DNA of 64,000 nt from an uncultured Alphaproteobacteria bacterium (GTDB lineage: Bacteria; Pseudomonadota; Alphaproteobacteria; RF32; CAG-239). A model generated the notes under the pieces. It saw only the letters and a program-made list of their open reading frames with translations. It ran no database searches and was not told the origin of the DNA. The translations under genes were made by a program, and so were the position numbers. This document shows, piece after piece, positions 37,446 through 48,210 of the stretch (within the stretch, counting starts at the first letter, position 1; every line of letters begins with the position of its first letter). The DNA is taken from NCBI GenBank assembly GCA_934254585.1, contig CAKQLF010000001.1, positions 245,250 through 309,249 of the forward strand, read 5' to 3'.

Positions 37446-40274
37446 TTAATCAACTCCGATGACTTCGCGGCGGCCAACACGATCAGGGGCTGTCACCACT
37501 CCTTCATCTTCCATTCTTTCAATTAAAATGGCGGCACGGTTATAGCCAATCCGCAATTTGCGTTGAATATAGCTTATGGAAGCTTTTTTATCGGTGCGGA
37601 CAATTTCAACCGCTTGGTTATATAAATCATCATCACCGCCGTTGCTGCCGCTCATTTCGCCTTTGTCAAACACCGGAGTGTCTTTGCCGGAGTTTAATTC
37701 TCCTTCCGTTACGTCTGCCACATATTTAGGCTCGCCTTCTGATTTTATAAATTCAACAACGCCTTCAACTTCAGCATCGGTGACAAAGCAGCCGTGAACT
37801 CGTATCGGGCGCAGGCCTGACGGCATATAAAGCATATCACCCATACCAAGCAATTGTTCGGCACCTTTTTCGTTTAAGATGGTTTTACTGTCTATGCCGG
37901 TAGTGACGTGAAAGCTGATACGGCTTGGAAAATTGGCTTTGATGGTACCGGTAATCACATCAACAGACGGACGTTGCGTTGACATAATCAAGTGAATACC
38001 CGCAGCGCGAGCCATTTGCGCCAAACGTTGAATCGCCGCTTCTACTTCTTTGCCGGCTACCAGCATTAAGTCTGCCATTTCATCTACCACAATTACAATA
38101 TAGGGCATTGGGGAAGTATCTATCAGCTGTTCTTCATAAAGCGGTCGACCGGTTTCTTTATCAAAACCGACTTGAATTGTTTTTTTGATTTCTTTGCCTG
38201 AGGCGCGCATATCTGCAACTTTTTGGTTATATCCGGCTATGTTGCGGACATTTAATAAAGCCATTGCACGATAGCGGTCTTCCATTTCTCTTACTGCCCA
38301 TTTCAGGCCGACAACCGCTTTAGCCGGATCGGTGATAACCGGTGTTAATAAATGTGGAATTCCGTTGTACATTGAAAATTCAAGTTGTTTCGGGTCAATC
38401 ATAATTAATTTGCATTGGTCCGGAGTCAGACGGAAAAGCAGGGACAAAATCATTGAGTTGACGCCGACGGATTTTCCGGAACCGGTTGTACCTGCCACCA
38501 AAAGGTGAGGCATTTTGGCCAAATCGGCGTAAACGTGTTGACCGCCAATGTCTTTACCAAGTGATACGTTCAGAATGTTTTTGCTGTTTTTAAATTCAGC
38601 ATCTTCAAGTAATTCGCGCAGCCAAACGGTTTGACGTTTTTCATTCGGTAATTCGATACCAATGGTGTTATGACCGCTGACTACGGCCATACGAACCGAG
38701 GCTACAGCCATAGAGCGGGCAATGTCATCGGACAAACCAATCACGCGAGCCGTTCGTGTACCAGGAGCCGGTTCAAGTTCGTATAAAGTCACTACCGGAC
38801 CGGGGCGTACTTTGACAATTTTGCCTTTTATGCCAAAATCTTGCAAAACAGTTTCCAATTTGGCGGCGTTTTCTTTGAGCAAGTTTTCATCGTATTCTAT
38901 ATCGCCGGAATCTTTGGGTATAGATAGAAGATTGATGTCCGGAAGATGATATGTTTTTTTCTCGTCAGTTTTGTTTATAGCCTCTGTTTTTGCGGTTTTA
39001 TCGGTCAGAGAAGCTGATTTCGTTGTTGTTTTTTCGGTTGGTGCAAATGTCGGAACAGGGGTTGGTTCAATTCGATTGCTTGCAGTTTGTTGCACTTGTT
39101 TCGTGACCGGTTGTTGAGCTTGTAAACTTGAAGTTTCAGCGATGTTTGTCGGTTTTAAGCTGAGTAATTCTTCTTGTTGAGGCAGCGGAGACAAGGCAGA
39201 TGTAGAATTTTTAGCCGGAACAGAGCGGCTTCCTTCGGTTTGGTAGATGTCTTCCGGAGTAATTTTTTTAGATGGTTTTTTGGTGTTCTGGTTGGCAAAG
39301 TCACCTTCTTTAATAAAGTCAAAAGTCGGATTATAACTGTTTCCAGAGGCAAAAGCAGGCTCACTGCCGGTAGTTTCAACAGCAAGATTTCCATAGTCGG
39401 AAGTGGCTGATTTGGGTAACTCGATGGTCAAATTGCCGCTTTGAGTTGCGGCGGAAACTGGTGAGATGTTATTTTGACTACGCATAAATTGCGGGGTGAC
39501 AAGATTTTCTTTTTGCTCGAAACTCGGTTCAACTCGTTTTTGCGGAGTAAGTTGTTTTTTGCTGTGCAGCTTATTTTGCAAATAACTCGGATTGATTTCT
39601 TTAAATTCTTTGAAGTTTTTAATATTTGCAAGATGTTTTGCAATATTGACGACCATACTGCTGAAAGTTTGTAACATTCGGAACAGACGTTCGCTCAAAC
39701 GCAGCCATAAAGTGAAGGTTATGCCGGCGGCAAAGTTAAAGGACAAGACGCTGACAAATAAAACAATTCCTTCTAATAAGAGTGTATTATATGAGAAATT
39801 GAGCATATTTATATAGTTGTTAAGCGGTCGGCTGATGACGCGACTCCATTCGCCTGTAAGGTTGTAAGGCAGGTTAAAACGCCCTAAAAAAGAACTGCTG
39901 GTCAAATCCAGAAAAGCTGAAAAACATAACATTCCGACTAACCAAGCAAAAATACGCATTTTATATTCGGCAAAAGCTTGATAGCGAACTAATCCTAATC
40001 CCCATATCACGGGAACAATAAGATAAATTATCAGCGAAAGGCCAAAAGAACTTAGCACAAAGTCCGCGCTATTTGCGCCAAACTGTCCCAACCAATTTTT
40101 TACGGCAACACCCGTTGCGGCGGCTTTGTTAAACGAAGGGTCGTCGGCGTGATATCCCAAAAGGCTGATATAAACGAGCAGCGGAAAGATTATGAAACCT
40201 AATCCGATAACTTCACACAACAGTTTTTTCCACCAGCTTTTCGGCTGTTCTTTGGTTGTTTTTTTCTTTGCCAT
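37446..40274 (-). CDS. ftsK: DNA translocase FtsK
   Basis: N-terminal TM helices, a Pro/Ser/Thr-rich linker, the motor domain Walker A GTTGSGKSVGVN and a C-terminal gamma domain. 942 aa. Confidence 0.9.
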   Translation of the reverse strand: MAKKKTTKEQPKSWWKKLLCEVIGLGFIIFPLLVYISLLGYHADDPSFNKAAATGVAVKNWLGQFGANSADFVLSSFGLSLIIYLIVPVIWGLGLVRYQAFAEYKMRIFAWLVGMLCFSAFLDLTSSSFLGRFNLPYNLTGEWSRVISRPLNNYINMLNFSYNTLLLEGIVLFVSVLSFNFAAGITFTLWLRLSERLFRMLQTFSSMVVNIAKHLANIKNFKEFKEINPSYLQNKLHSKKQLTPQKRVEPSFEQKENLVTPQFMRSQNNISPVSAATQSGNLTIELPKSATSDYGNLAVETTGSEPAFASGNSYNPTFDFIKEGDFANQNTKKPSKKITPEDIYQTEGSRSVPAKNSTSALSPLPQQEELLSLKPTNIAETSSLQAQQPVTKQVQQTASNRIEPTPVPTFAPTEKTTTKSASLTDKTAKTEAINKTDEKKTYHLPDINLLSIPKDSGDIEYDENLLKENAAKLETVLQDFGIKGKIVKVRPGPVVTLYELEPAPGTRTARVIGLSDDIARSMAVASVRMAVVSGHNTIGIELPNEKRQTVWLRELLEDAEFKNSKNILNVSLGKDIGGQHVYADLAKMPHLLVAGTTGSGKSVGVNSMILSLLFRLTPDQCKLIMIDPKQLEFSMYNGIPHLLTPVITDPAKAVVGLKWAVREMEDRYRAMALLNVRNIAGYNQKVADMRASGKEIKKTIQVGFDKETGRPLYEEQLIDTSPMPYIVIVVDEMADLMLVAGKEVEAAIQRLAQMARAAGIHLIMSTQRPSVDVITGTIKANFPSRISFHVTTGIDSKTILNEKGAEQLLGMGDMLYMPSGLRPIRVHGCFVTDAEVEGVVEFIKSEGEPKYVADVTEGELNSGKDTPVFDKGEMSGSNGGDDDLYNQAVEIVRTDKKASISYIQRKLRIGYNRAAILIERMEDEGVVTAPDRVGRREVIGVD

Positions 40275-40445
40275 AACTACCTCAAATTTTTATGCAGACG
40301 TATGGTTTACATTGTAGTTTGAAATGTTCAAAAAATTATTAAAATGTTCTTCAAACAAAATAACTATGTTAATAAAAATTTTTGAAAAACTTGACATTTA
40401 ATTAAAGAAATATACACTCAGCGCAGAATAGAGGAGAATATTTTA

Positions 40446-41390
40446 ATGAAATATGCTTTTGTTTTCCCTGGTCAGGGTTCTCAGTTTGTGGGAATGGGAC
40501 GGGAATTGGCCGATAATTTTGTTTCGGCGCGTGAAGTTTTCCAAGAAGTTAACGAAGCGTTATCTCAAGACCTGTTTAAAGTTATGGTTGACGGGCCGGA
40601 GAGTGAATTGACGATGACTGCTAATACACAGCCGGCGTTGATGGCTTTTTCGATGGCGGTTGTGCGCGTTTTGGAAAAAGATTTCGGTATTAAGTTGAAA
40701 GACAAAGCGGCGTTTGTTGCCGGACATTCTCTCGGAGAATATTCAGCGGCTTGCAGTGCCGGAGTCTTTTCGCTAAGTGATACGGCTAAGCTGTTGCGAA
40801 TCCGCGGAAACGCTATGCAAAATGCAGTTCCGTTCGGAGTTGGCGGTATGGCTGCCGTTTTGGGATTGTCTTATAAAGATGTCGGAGCATTGGTGGAAGC
40901 TTGCTCAAATGGTAAAGATATTTGTGTGGCGGCTAATGATAACTCCGATGGTCAGGTCGTTTTATCCGGCGCAATGTCGGCAATAGACCGCGCTGTGGAA
41001 ATTGCTTCGGAATTTGGAGCGAGAAAATGTGTGAAATTGGCGGTTAGCGCGCCGTTCCACAGTCCGTTTATGCAACCGGCGGCCGAGGCAATGGCTCGTG
41101 CATTTATGAACGTTGAAGCAAATAATGCGGAGATTCCGCTGATAGCCAATGTGTTGGCTGCTCCAATAACGAATCATAAGGAAATTATTAAACATTTAAT
41201 AGAACAAGTGACCGGTACAGTGCGGTGGCGTGAAACAATGGCTTATCTGCAAGAACAAGGGGTTACGGATTTTGTGGAACTTGGTGCCGGAAAGGTTTTG
41301 TCCGGTATAGCCAAGCGTAGCCACAAAGAAATGAATGCTTTTTCTGTTGGTTCAGTTGAAGATATTGAAGAACTGGCGAAAAATTTATAA
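40446..41390 (+). CDS. fabD: Malonyl-CoA:ACP transacylase FabD
   Basis: FPGQGSQ and GHSLGE active-site motifs. Confidence 0.85.
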   Translation: MKYAFVFPGQGSQFVGMGRELADNFVSAREVFQEVNEALSQDLFKVMVDGPESELTMTANTQPALMAFSMAVVRVLEKDFGIKLKDKAAFVAGHSLGEYSAACSAGVFSLSDTAKLLRIRGNAMQNAVPFGVGGMAAVLGLSYKDVGALVEACSNGKDICVAANDNSDGQVVLSGAMSAIDRAVEIASEFGARKCVKLAVSAPFHSPFMQPAAEAMARAFMNVEANNAEIPLIANVLAAPITNHKEIIKHLIEQVTGTVRWRETMAYLQEQGVTDFVELGAGKVLSGIAKRSHKEMNAFSVGSVEDIEELAKNL

Positions 41391-41406
41391 TGAAAGGAAT
41401 TTAAAT

Positions 41407-42144
41407 ATGTTTAGATTAGATGGCAAAGTTGCATTAATTACCGGTGCGGCCGGCGGTTTGGGACACAAAATTGCAAACACTTTGCACGCACAAGGTGCAA
41501 TTTTGGCTTTGACAGATAGAAATGCCGAGGCTTTGGCGGCAATGAAAGCTGAATTGGGCGAAAATGTTGAATGTTTTGTGGCAAATTTGACCGATGGCGA
41601 AGCTATCATTCAATTGGTAAAAGATATTGAGGAAAAACTTGGTCGTATTGATATTTTGGTAAATAACGCCGGTATGACTCGGGACAATTTGTTTATCAGA
41701 ATGAGTGATGAAGATTGGCAGATGGTGCTTGATGTTAATTTGACTGCCGGTTTCAAATTGGCAAAGGCTGCAGTTCGCGGTATGATGAAACGTCGTTTCG
41801 GCCGTATTATCGGTATTGCTTCAGTGGTTGGCGTTATGGGAAATGCTGGTCAAGCTAACTATTCCGCTTCTAAAGCCGGTATGATTGCAATGAATAAATG
41901 TTTGGCTCAAGAAGTTGGTTCTCGCGGTATTACCGTAAATTCAATTGCGCCGGGATTTATCAGAACTCCGATGACAGATGTTTTATCTGATGATGTAAAG
42001 GCTGCTTTGTTGTCTAAGATTCCGGAAGCTAAATTGGGCGAAGCTCAAGATATTGCCAACGTTGTTGCTTTCTTGGCTTCTGATGAAGCTCAATATATTA
42101 CAGGTCAAACCATTCACGTTAATGGCGGTATGGCTATGATTTAA
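41407..42144 (+). CDS. fabG: 3-oxoacyl-ACP reductase FabG
   Basis: SDR motifs TGAAGGLG, NNAG and YSASKAG. Start MFRLDGK at 41407; the ORF track started upstream inside fabD. Confidence 0.85.
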   Translation: MFRLDGKVALITGAAGGLGHKIANTLHAQGAILALTDRNAEALAAMKAELGENVECFVANLTDGEAIIQLVKDIEEKLGRIDILVNNAGMTRDNLFIRMSDEDWQMVLDVNLTAGFKLAKAAVRGMMKRRFGRIIGIASVVGVMGNAGQANYSASKAGMIAMNKCLAQEVGSRGITVNSIAPGFIRTPMTDVLSDDVKAALLSKIPEAKLGEAQDIANVVAFLASDEAQYITGQTIHVNGGMAMI

Positions 42145-42377
42145 TCACTTTGATGATTGTATTTCAAAGGCGTCGAGTTTTTTCGGCGTCTTTTTTTTAT
42201 GTTTTGCTACATATTGGCGATATTTTTATATAAAATTGCCAAACAGTGGTTTGTATTTGTTTTAGAATATAAATGTAACGGATTTTTTCATAAAAATAAA
42301 AGCTTAACATCTTGACAAAAATTAAAAATTGTACTTTATAAGGGCTGTTTAGAATTATATAAAAAGAATCTGAGGAA

Positions 42378-44117
42378 ATGATGTTGAAAAGAATATGGGA
42401 AAGATTTAGGTCTGACTACACGCCTAAATCTGTAGAAATTTTACGGAAAGGTTATAGTTTATCGCTATTCAAACGCGATTGTATTTCGGGTCTGACGGTT
42501 AGTATTGTATCGTTGCCGTTAGCTATGGCATTGGCAATTGCCAGCGGTTTAACTCCGGCACAGGGTTTGTATACGGCAATTGTCGCCGGTTTTGTGATTG
42601 CCTTGATGGGCGGCTCCCGTTTTCAAATCGGCGGTCCGACAGGCGCGTTCGCTATTGTAGTTTTAGAAGTTTTACATAACTATGGATATAATGGTTTAAT
42701 TGCCTCAATGATTTTGACCGGAGTTTTGTTGTTGATTGCCGGTTTTATGAAATTAGGCAGCTATATTAAATATATTCCATATCCGGTGATTGTCGGCTTT
42801 ACCGCTGGTATCGGTTTAATCCTTATCACTTCACAGATGAAAGATTTTTTGGGGTTGACCAGAGAAGATATTCCGAGTGACTTTTTGCAACGTTGGTATA
42901 CATATATCATCAGCTTACCGCAAGCCAATTGGGCAGCTACATTTATTGGATTTTTGTCTTTAGGCTTGTATTTGGGTATTAAGAAATTTACGCCGAAAAT
43001 TCCGGTTTATTTAGCTATTTTGGTTGTTACAACCTTAGTTACCTGTATATTTAATTTGCCGGTGGAAACGATTGGCAGTAAATATGGTGATTTACCGAAG
43101 ATGTTGCCGGCTCCTTCTTTTCCGGAGATGAACTTAGCCTTGTTTAAGCAGGTTTTTCCGAGCGCGTTGACAGTGGCGTTTTTGGCGGCGGTGGAATCAT
43201 TGCTGAGTGCCAAGGTTGTAGACAGTATGAGCGGTGATGTCCATAATCCTAACGCCGAGTTGATGGGGGAGGGATTGGCTAATATTGCGGCGGCAGCTTT
43301 CTTCGGCTTGCCGGCAACAGGCGCAATTGCTCGAACAGCGACAAATTATAAGGCTAATGCTTATTCTCCGGTTTCGGGAATGATGCAGTCCGTATTTTTG
43401 TTGACGTTTATGTTCTTTTTATCTCCGTTGGTTAAATATATTCCGCTTGCCAGTTTGGCTTTGATTTTGATTATGATTGGTTGGAATATGCTTAATCTGG
43501 ATAAAATGTATGGCTTGATTAAACTGCTTCCGGGAGATAGGTACACTTTGTTGGTGACTGTGGTCTTAACTGTTGTTGTAAACTTGAGCGCGGCTATTGC
43601 CGTTGGCTTTATTATGGCTGCAGTAATCTTTATGCATCGTATGAGCAAGGAGATTGAATTGGCCAATATGGATGAAGTTTTGCCCGATGTTGAAAGTGAA
43701 GTGGCGCAAGATTTGCACGACAAAGGTATTGTGGTGGTAAGAGTAGCCGGTCCGCTTTTTTTTGGTGTGGTTACACAAATTTCTGAATTTTTCCGCCAGT
43801 TGGGTAAAAAACCGAATGTTGTAATTATCCGTATGGGACACGTTTCAATGATTGATGCCAGTGGAGCAAATTTGATTGTGGAATTTATTCAAAAAATGCA
43901 TCAAACGCAAACTAAGGTGATTATTTCAAACATAAAAACACAGCCAAAACGGGTTTTACACCAAGCTTTTGCCAATGCTCACATTCGCTTGTCCGATATT
44001 TCTACGGCCTCAAATTATGACAACGCCGTGAAAATGGCAAAACGTTATGTAAGCCGCAAAAATAAGGAAAAAGCTGCAAAAGAAGTAGCTGCAGCGGCAA
44101 ATATGGCGGCAGAATAA
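42378..44117 (+). CDS. SulP-family anion transporter with C-terminal STAS domain
   Basis: 579 aa polytopic protein plus a STAS-like C-terminus. Terminator at about 44135-44170. Confidence 0.7.
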   Translation: MMLKRIWERFRSDYTPKSVEILRKGYSLSLFKRDCISGLTVSIVSLPLAMALAIASGLTPAQGLYTAIVAGFVIALMGGSRFQIGGPTGAFAIVVLEVLHNYGYNGLIASMILTGVLLLIAGFMKLGSYIKYIPYPVIVGFTAGIGLILITSQMKDFLGLTREDIPSDFLQRWYTYIISLPQANWAATFIGFLSLGLYLGIKKFTPKIPVYLAILVVTTLVTCIFNLPVETIGSKYGDLPKMLPAPSFPEMNLALFKQVFPSALTVAFLAAVESLLSAKVVDSMSGDVHNPNAELMGEGLANIAAAAFFGLPATGAIARTATNYKANAYSPVSGMMQSVFLLTFMFFLSPLVKYIPLASLALILIMIGWNMLNLDKMYGLIKLLPGDRYTLLVTVVLTVVVNLSAAIAVGFIMAAVIFMHRMSKEIELANMDEVLPDVESEVAQDLHDKGIVVVRVAGPLFFGVVTQISEFFRQLGKKPNVVIIRMGHVSMIDASGANLIVEFIQKMHQTQTKVIISNIKTQPKRVLHQAFANAHIRLSDISTASNYDNAVKMAKRYVSRKNKEKAAKEVAAAANMAAE

Positions 44118-44398
44118 ATTATTTGTTGCGCTTAGAAAAAGAGAGGCTCGCGGCTTCTCTTTTTTTATTGCCAAAATAGAAAAAATATTGTATAATGAAG
44201 CTGTATTTATAAGTATTTTATTTAAAATTTTGTTTATTATTTGAGCCTTTTTCATAGTTTAACTGAGTTTACTCTTTTAACTTTGATTGCTTTTATAATT
44301 TTCAGAAATTCTAAATATTGTACTATATTTAATTTTTTTGAGTATTAATTTAAGGAGGATTAGTTTAAGGAGCGAACCTCATTAAAAAAAGTTATATT

Positions 44399-45109
44399 AT
44401 GAAAAAGTTTTTTGCAACATTCGTAATGATGATGGTATGTGTACTTTCTGTTATGGCTACTGATGTTTATAAAGTCAGATTTGTAAAGATTGGTACAGGT
44501 GATAGAGGGACGGAAGTCATTTGTGAGGGAAGTAAAACATTTTATGCTCCTTTACGAGATTTACGACTGAGATCTTTTTTTAACACTCTTCGCGCAGGCG
44601 ATATTGTTGAGGTTGAAGAGTATGAAAACAGAATCTTAGCCATTCGCAAGATTGGTCATGAGGCTCCTTCTGGTATGACTAACGGTGTTATCGTTGACAA
44701 TGCTAACAACTATGGCGGTTATTATGGTGGCGGTTACTATGGTGGCGGTTATGCTTCTGTAGAAACTAAGAATGTTGGTGTAGGTTATGACCCTTATACC
44801 GGTGTTCATGTACGCGTTAATGGTACTTATGTTAATCTTCCTATTCGTTTCAAGAATAAGAGAGCTAACAATAGTGGTAATTATACTGTTGAAAACAACG
44901 GTGGTATGGTTACTGCAAATCCTGCAACACGTCCAGCTGTAAAGACTGTCAAGACTGTTAAGGCCAGCGATTTATATGGTTATTCAAATCAGACTGTTCG
45001 CACATCATCAACTGTTTCGACTTCTTCTGTTTCTGCTCCGGCAAAGGCAAAGAAAGTTTCAAGAACAACCGGTTGTGGCTATGACTTGTCTAGTCTTGCC
45101 GGTATGTAG
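44399..45109 (+). CDS. Secreted Gly/Tyr-rich repeat protein
   Basis: Signal peptide, then a YGGYYGGGYYGGGYA tract encoded by a 15-nt tandem repeat x3 (about 44714-44758). Bidirectional terminator at 45120-45160. Confidence 0.45.
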   Translation: MKKFFATFVMMMVCVLSVMATDVYKVRFVKIGTGDRGTEVICEGSKTFYAPLRDLRLRSFFNTLRAGDIVEVEEYENRILAIRKIGHEAPSGMTNGVIVDNANNYGGYYGGGYYGGGYASVETKNVGVGYDPYTGVHVRVNGTYVNLPIRFKNKRANNSGNYTVENNGGMVTANPATRPAVKTVKTVKASDLYGYSNQTVRTSSTVSTSSVSAPAKAKKVSRTTGCGYDLSSLAGM

Positions 45110-45166
45110 TAAAAAAGAAAGCACTTTAACTGTAAGGTTAAAGTGCTTTTGCGTTTTTAGAATAAA

Positions 45167-45736
45167 TTATTTAATGTTTTTTCTAATCACTTTTTTCTTG
45201 TCGTCTTTTTGTTTGTTGTGAACGGCAGAAATGGCCAAGGCGTTTTCCAAATCTTTTTCGTTGCACAAGCCGATGGCAACCGGATTCATTGGTTTCAAAT
45301 TAATCATATCGGCATATTCACCGTTGCGAATTTTAGCAATGGTTGGTTTTGTTGTTCCGACAAGTTTACAAATTTGCGAGTCCATAATTTCCGGACAATG
45401 TTTCAAAATCCATAAAATAGCGGCCGGTTTGCTGTTACGTTGTGACGGAGAAAGAACTTTTTTCGCTTTGGCGTTGCGTTCTTTAACATTTTTTTCCAAA
45501 ATATTGGCTTTTAAGTCGGCGGTAGGGTCTTTTTCGCAACGGCGAATTTCTTCCCAGTCCAACTGACCATTGTTAATTGGGCTTAAACCCTGAATATTAT
45601 AAGCAATATCACCATCGGCAATTGCTTGAATTTCCAGTTCGTGAATTTCACAAAATTTGGCAATTTGGCGGAAGGTTAAAGAAGTGTTGTCAACCAACCA
45701 TACCGCAGTGGCTTTTGGCATTAAAGGAGCCGTCAT
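45167..45736 (-). CDS. DUF1013-family protein (alphaproteobacterial)
   Basis: 189 aa with repeated HTH-like segments. Family is typical of Alphaproteobacteria. Confidence 0.5.
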   Translation of the reverse strand: MTAPLMPKATAVWLVDNTSLTFRQIAKFCEIHELEIQAIADGDIAYNIQGLSPINNGQLDWEEIRRCEKDPTADLKANILEKNVKERNAKAKKVLSPSQRNSKPAAILWILKHCPEIMDSQICKLVGTTKPTIAKIRNGEYADMINLKPMNPVAIGLCNEKDLENALAISAVHNKQKDDKKKVIRKNIK

Positions 45737-45866
45737 TATTTTTTCCTTTCATAAAAAACTTTATATTGTCCATACAATAGACATTGTTTTTGCAAGATAC
45801 AAGATATTTTTTTCTTTATAAACGCAAAAACCCGCTCAAAGGCGGGCTTTTATTCTAAAATTCAAA

Positions 45867-46109
45867 TTAGTTGCTAGATTTCAAACCAAAAGCACCAAAT
45901 TTGCTGTTGAAACGACCAACGCGACCGCCGGTATCAACAACACGACGAATACCAGTCCAAGCTGGATGTGACTTAGGGTCGATTTCGAGCAACATTTTTT
46001 CGCCGGCTTTGCCCCAAGTAGATTTGGTTTTAACTTCAGTTCCATCTGTCATCACATAAGTAATTTCGTGATAATCAGGGTGAATTCCTTTTTTCATTTT
46101 TATCTCCAA
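45867..46109 (-). CDS. rpmE: 50S ribosomal protein L31
   Basis: [12 protein letters not shown]...GRFNSKF, 80 aa. Minus-strand terminator at 45836-45862. Confidence 0.85.
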   Translation of the reverse strand: MEIKMKKGIHPDYHEITYVMTDGTEVKTKSTWGKAGEKMLLEIDPKSHPAWTGIRRVVDTGGRVGRFNSKFGAFGLKSSN

Positions 46110-46198
46110 ATAAAATACTTTATATAGTTTTTACGCTTTTATACATTAAGCAAACAAAATACGCAAGTATTATTTTTACTGTTTTTTAAATTTTTTTA

Positions 46199-46981
46199 TC
46201 ATTTTGCCAAAGTATTGGCTGCTTTTTGACGCAAAGCTTCATTGGTGGCAATTAGAGCTCCGCCGAATAAAACTTTGGTAAAGTCTTCGGAACGCACATC
46301 GGTTTCGCCCAAAGCCACAATATAGCCTCCGGATTCTTTTACCAACAGCATACCGGCGGCAATGGTTTGCGGCAAATTATCAGCCGAAACAACAATATCC
46401 AATTTTCCGGCGGCTAAATAGGCTAAATCCAAAGAAGACGTGCCTTTCACCAACACGTTTTTGCTCAAGCTTAAAGATTTGCGGAATAGTTCAGCACTGG
46501 TTCCGCAACCGATGAGTGCCTGTTCTGTCATTTTGGTGCCGGCTACGCGCAAACGCTCGTGACTACGGAAACCTTCTTTAAATGCGCCGCAACCTTTTTC
46601 GGCAAAAAACAATTCATCATAAACCGGATTATAAACCACGGCGTCGACTACCACGTTGTTTTCCACCATAGCAACCGAAACGGCAAAACTTCCATTACCG
46701 TGGGCAAAGTTGGCAAAACCGTCAATAGGGGTAACCAAAAAATAGTTGCCGTCAGCCGGAATAACATCGTCTTTTTTGCTGACAAAAGCATAAGTCGGTT
46801 TTAATTTAGCCAATTCTTCCTGAAGTGTTTTTTCCACTTTTTCATAAGAACGTTGGGCAAAGCGGCCATCGTTGTGGCCGGATTGCAAGTGTTCCAATTC
46901 ATTAAAGTCGCGCGACAGGGCTACAGAGGCCTTTTTGACGGCATTAGCTATCGCGGTTAAAGCAGTTGAAATATAAGCCAT
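46199..46981 (-). CDS. suhB: Inositol monophosphatase family protein (SuhB-like)
   Basis: TPIDGF (DPIDGT-like) and LAYLAAGKLD (WDxAAG-like) motifs. Confidence 0.65.
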   Translation of the reverse strand: MAYISTALTAIANAVKKASVALSRDFNELEHLQSGHNDGRFAQRSYEKVEKTLQEELAKLKPTYAFVSKKDDVIPADGNYFLVTPIDGFANFAHGNGSFAVSVAMVENNVVVDAVVYNPVYDELFFAEKGCGAFKEGFRSHERLRVAGTKMTEQALIGCGTSAELFRKSLSLSKNVLVKGTSSLDLAYLAAGKLDIVVSADNLPQTIAAGMLLVKESGGYIVALGETDVRSEDFTKVLFGGALIATNEALRQKAANTLAK

Positions 46982-47544
46982 TATTTTGCTCTTTCAACAT
47001 AGTTGGCTTCAGAAGTGCCGACAACGATTTTGTCGCCTACACCGATAAACGGAGGAACGGTTGTGCGCACGCCATTGTCCAAAATAGCCGGTTTGTATGA
47101 AGAAGAAACGGTTTGACCTTTAATCACCGGTTCGGTTTCAACAACTTCGCAAACAACCTGCAGAGGTAAATCAACAGAAATCGGACGACCGTCAATGTAA
47201 GAAACTTTCACGCTCATACCATCTGTCAAAAACGGACGAGAATCGCCAAGCAAATCGGCAGGCATAGTGAATTGTTCAAAAGTTTCGGATTCCATAAAGG
47301 TTAAACCGGTGGAGTCTTCAAACAAAAATTGGCAGTCTTTATCTTCAACCATCAATTTTTCTACAGTGTCTTCAGTTCTGAAACGTTCGTTAGTTTTGGT
47401 TCCGGCTTCAACTTCTTTCATTTCCACCTGCATAAAAGCACCGCCTTTACCCGGTTTAATGTGTACGGCTTTGGTAATAGTCCAAGGTTTGCCTTTATAT
47501 TCAATAACCCAACCAATTCTAATTGCTCCGGCAAGTTGTTTCAT
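46981..47544 (-). CDS. efp: Elongation factor P
   Basis: 187 aa, KPGKGGAF motif, three OB-like domains. Confidence 0.85.
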   Translation of the reverse strand: MKQLAGAIRIGWVIEYKGKPWTITKAVHIKPGKGGAFMQVEMKEVEAGTKTNERFRTEDTVEKLMVEDKDCQFLFEDSTGLTFMESETFEQFTMPADLLGDSRPFLTDGMSVKVSYIDGRPISVDLPLQVVCEVVETEPVIKGQTVSSSYKPAILDNGVRTTVPPFIGVGDKIVVGTSEANYVERAK

Positions 47545-47616
47545 ATTTTTATCTCCTATTTACAATGTTAAAAATGATTATTTAATTTTGATGTTCGCAA
47601 CATAAACCAACATTTT

Positions 47617-48141
47617 TTATTTCGCAACAAAAATCGTATAGGCTGTGTCGTTTAAAATGACAAAATCCGCCGGTATTTTGCGGGTATCAATTTCATCTTC
47701 AGGCAAAACGGCGTTTTGAATTAAAAAAAGGTCACTATACCATTTTAGAAGTTCGATGTTGTGGTCAAGACCGTCTTTCCAAATACGAAAGATAATAAAG
47801 TCCGGCTCGCATTCACTGACTAACATCGCTTCGTGCCGGCGGTTTCGGCAAATAACGCCTAACAGGGCTTTTTTGCATTTTGCTTTAATCTCTTTGATTT
47901 GTTTTGCGGGATTTTCATTTTTTGACGTGTCGATAATCAATCCATCGCCAAGATTTTGCAAATATAAATCGGCGGCTTTTTCTCCAGACAACAATACTAA
48001 TTTTTTTGCCGCCTGTGCTTTGGCGTAAAAATCGGCAATAAAACTTTGCGGCAGCGAATCGGAAAGAATAAAGCAACCGAGTTGCGAATCGTTAAGCAGA
48101 TTTGTATTTTCTTGCGTAATATTAATGATTAAGTTTTGCAT
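47617..48141 (-). CDS. Hypothetical protein
   Basis: 174 aa ORF, not classified. Confidence 0.3.
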   Translation of the reverse strand: MQNLIINITQENTNLLNDSQLGCFILSDSLPQSFIADFYAKAQAAKKLVLLSGEKAADLYLQNLGDGLIIDTSKNENPAKQIKEIKAKCKKALLGVICRNRRHEAMLVSECEPDFIIFRIWKDGLDHNIELLKWYSDLFLIQNAVLPEDEIDTRKIPADFVILNDTAYTIFVAK

Positions 48142-48210
48142 TTTAATATTCTTTGTGTTAGCTATAAATTAAGTTAGTGAAAGTATATAAACAATTTGTG
48201 TTAAAGGAAA

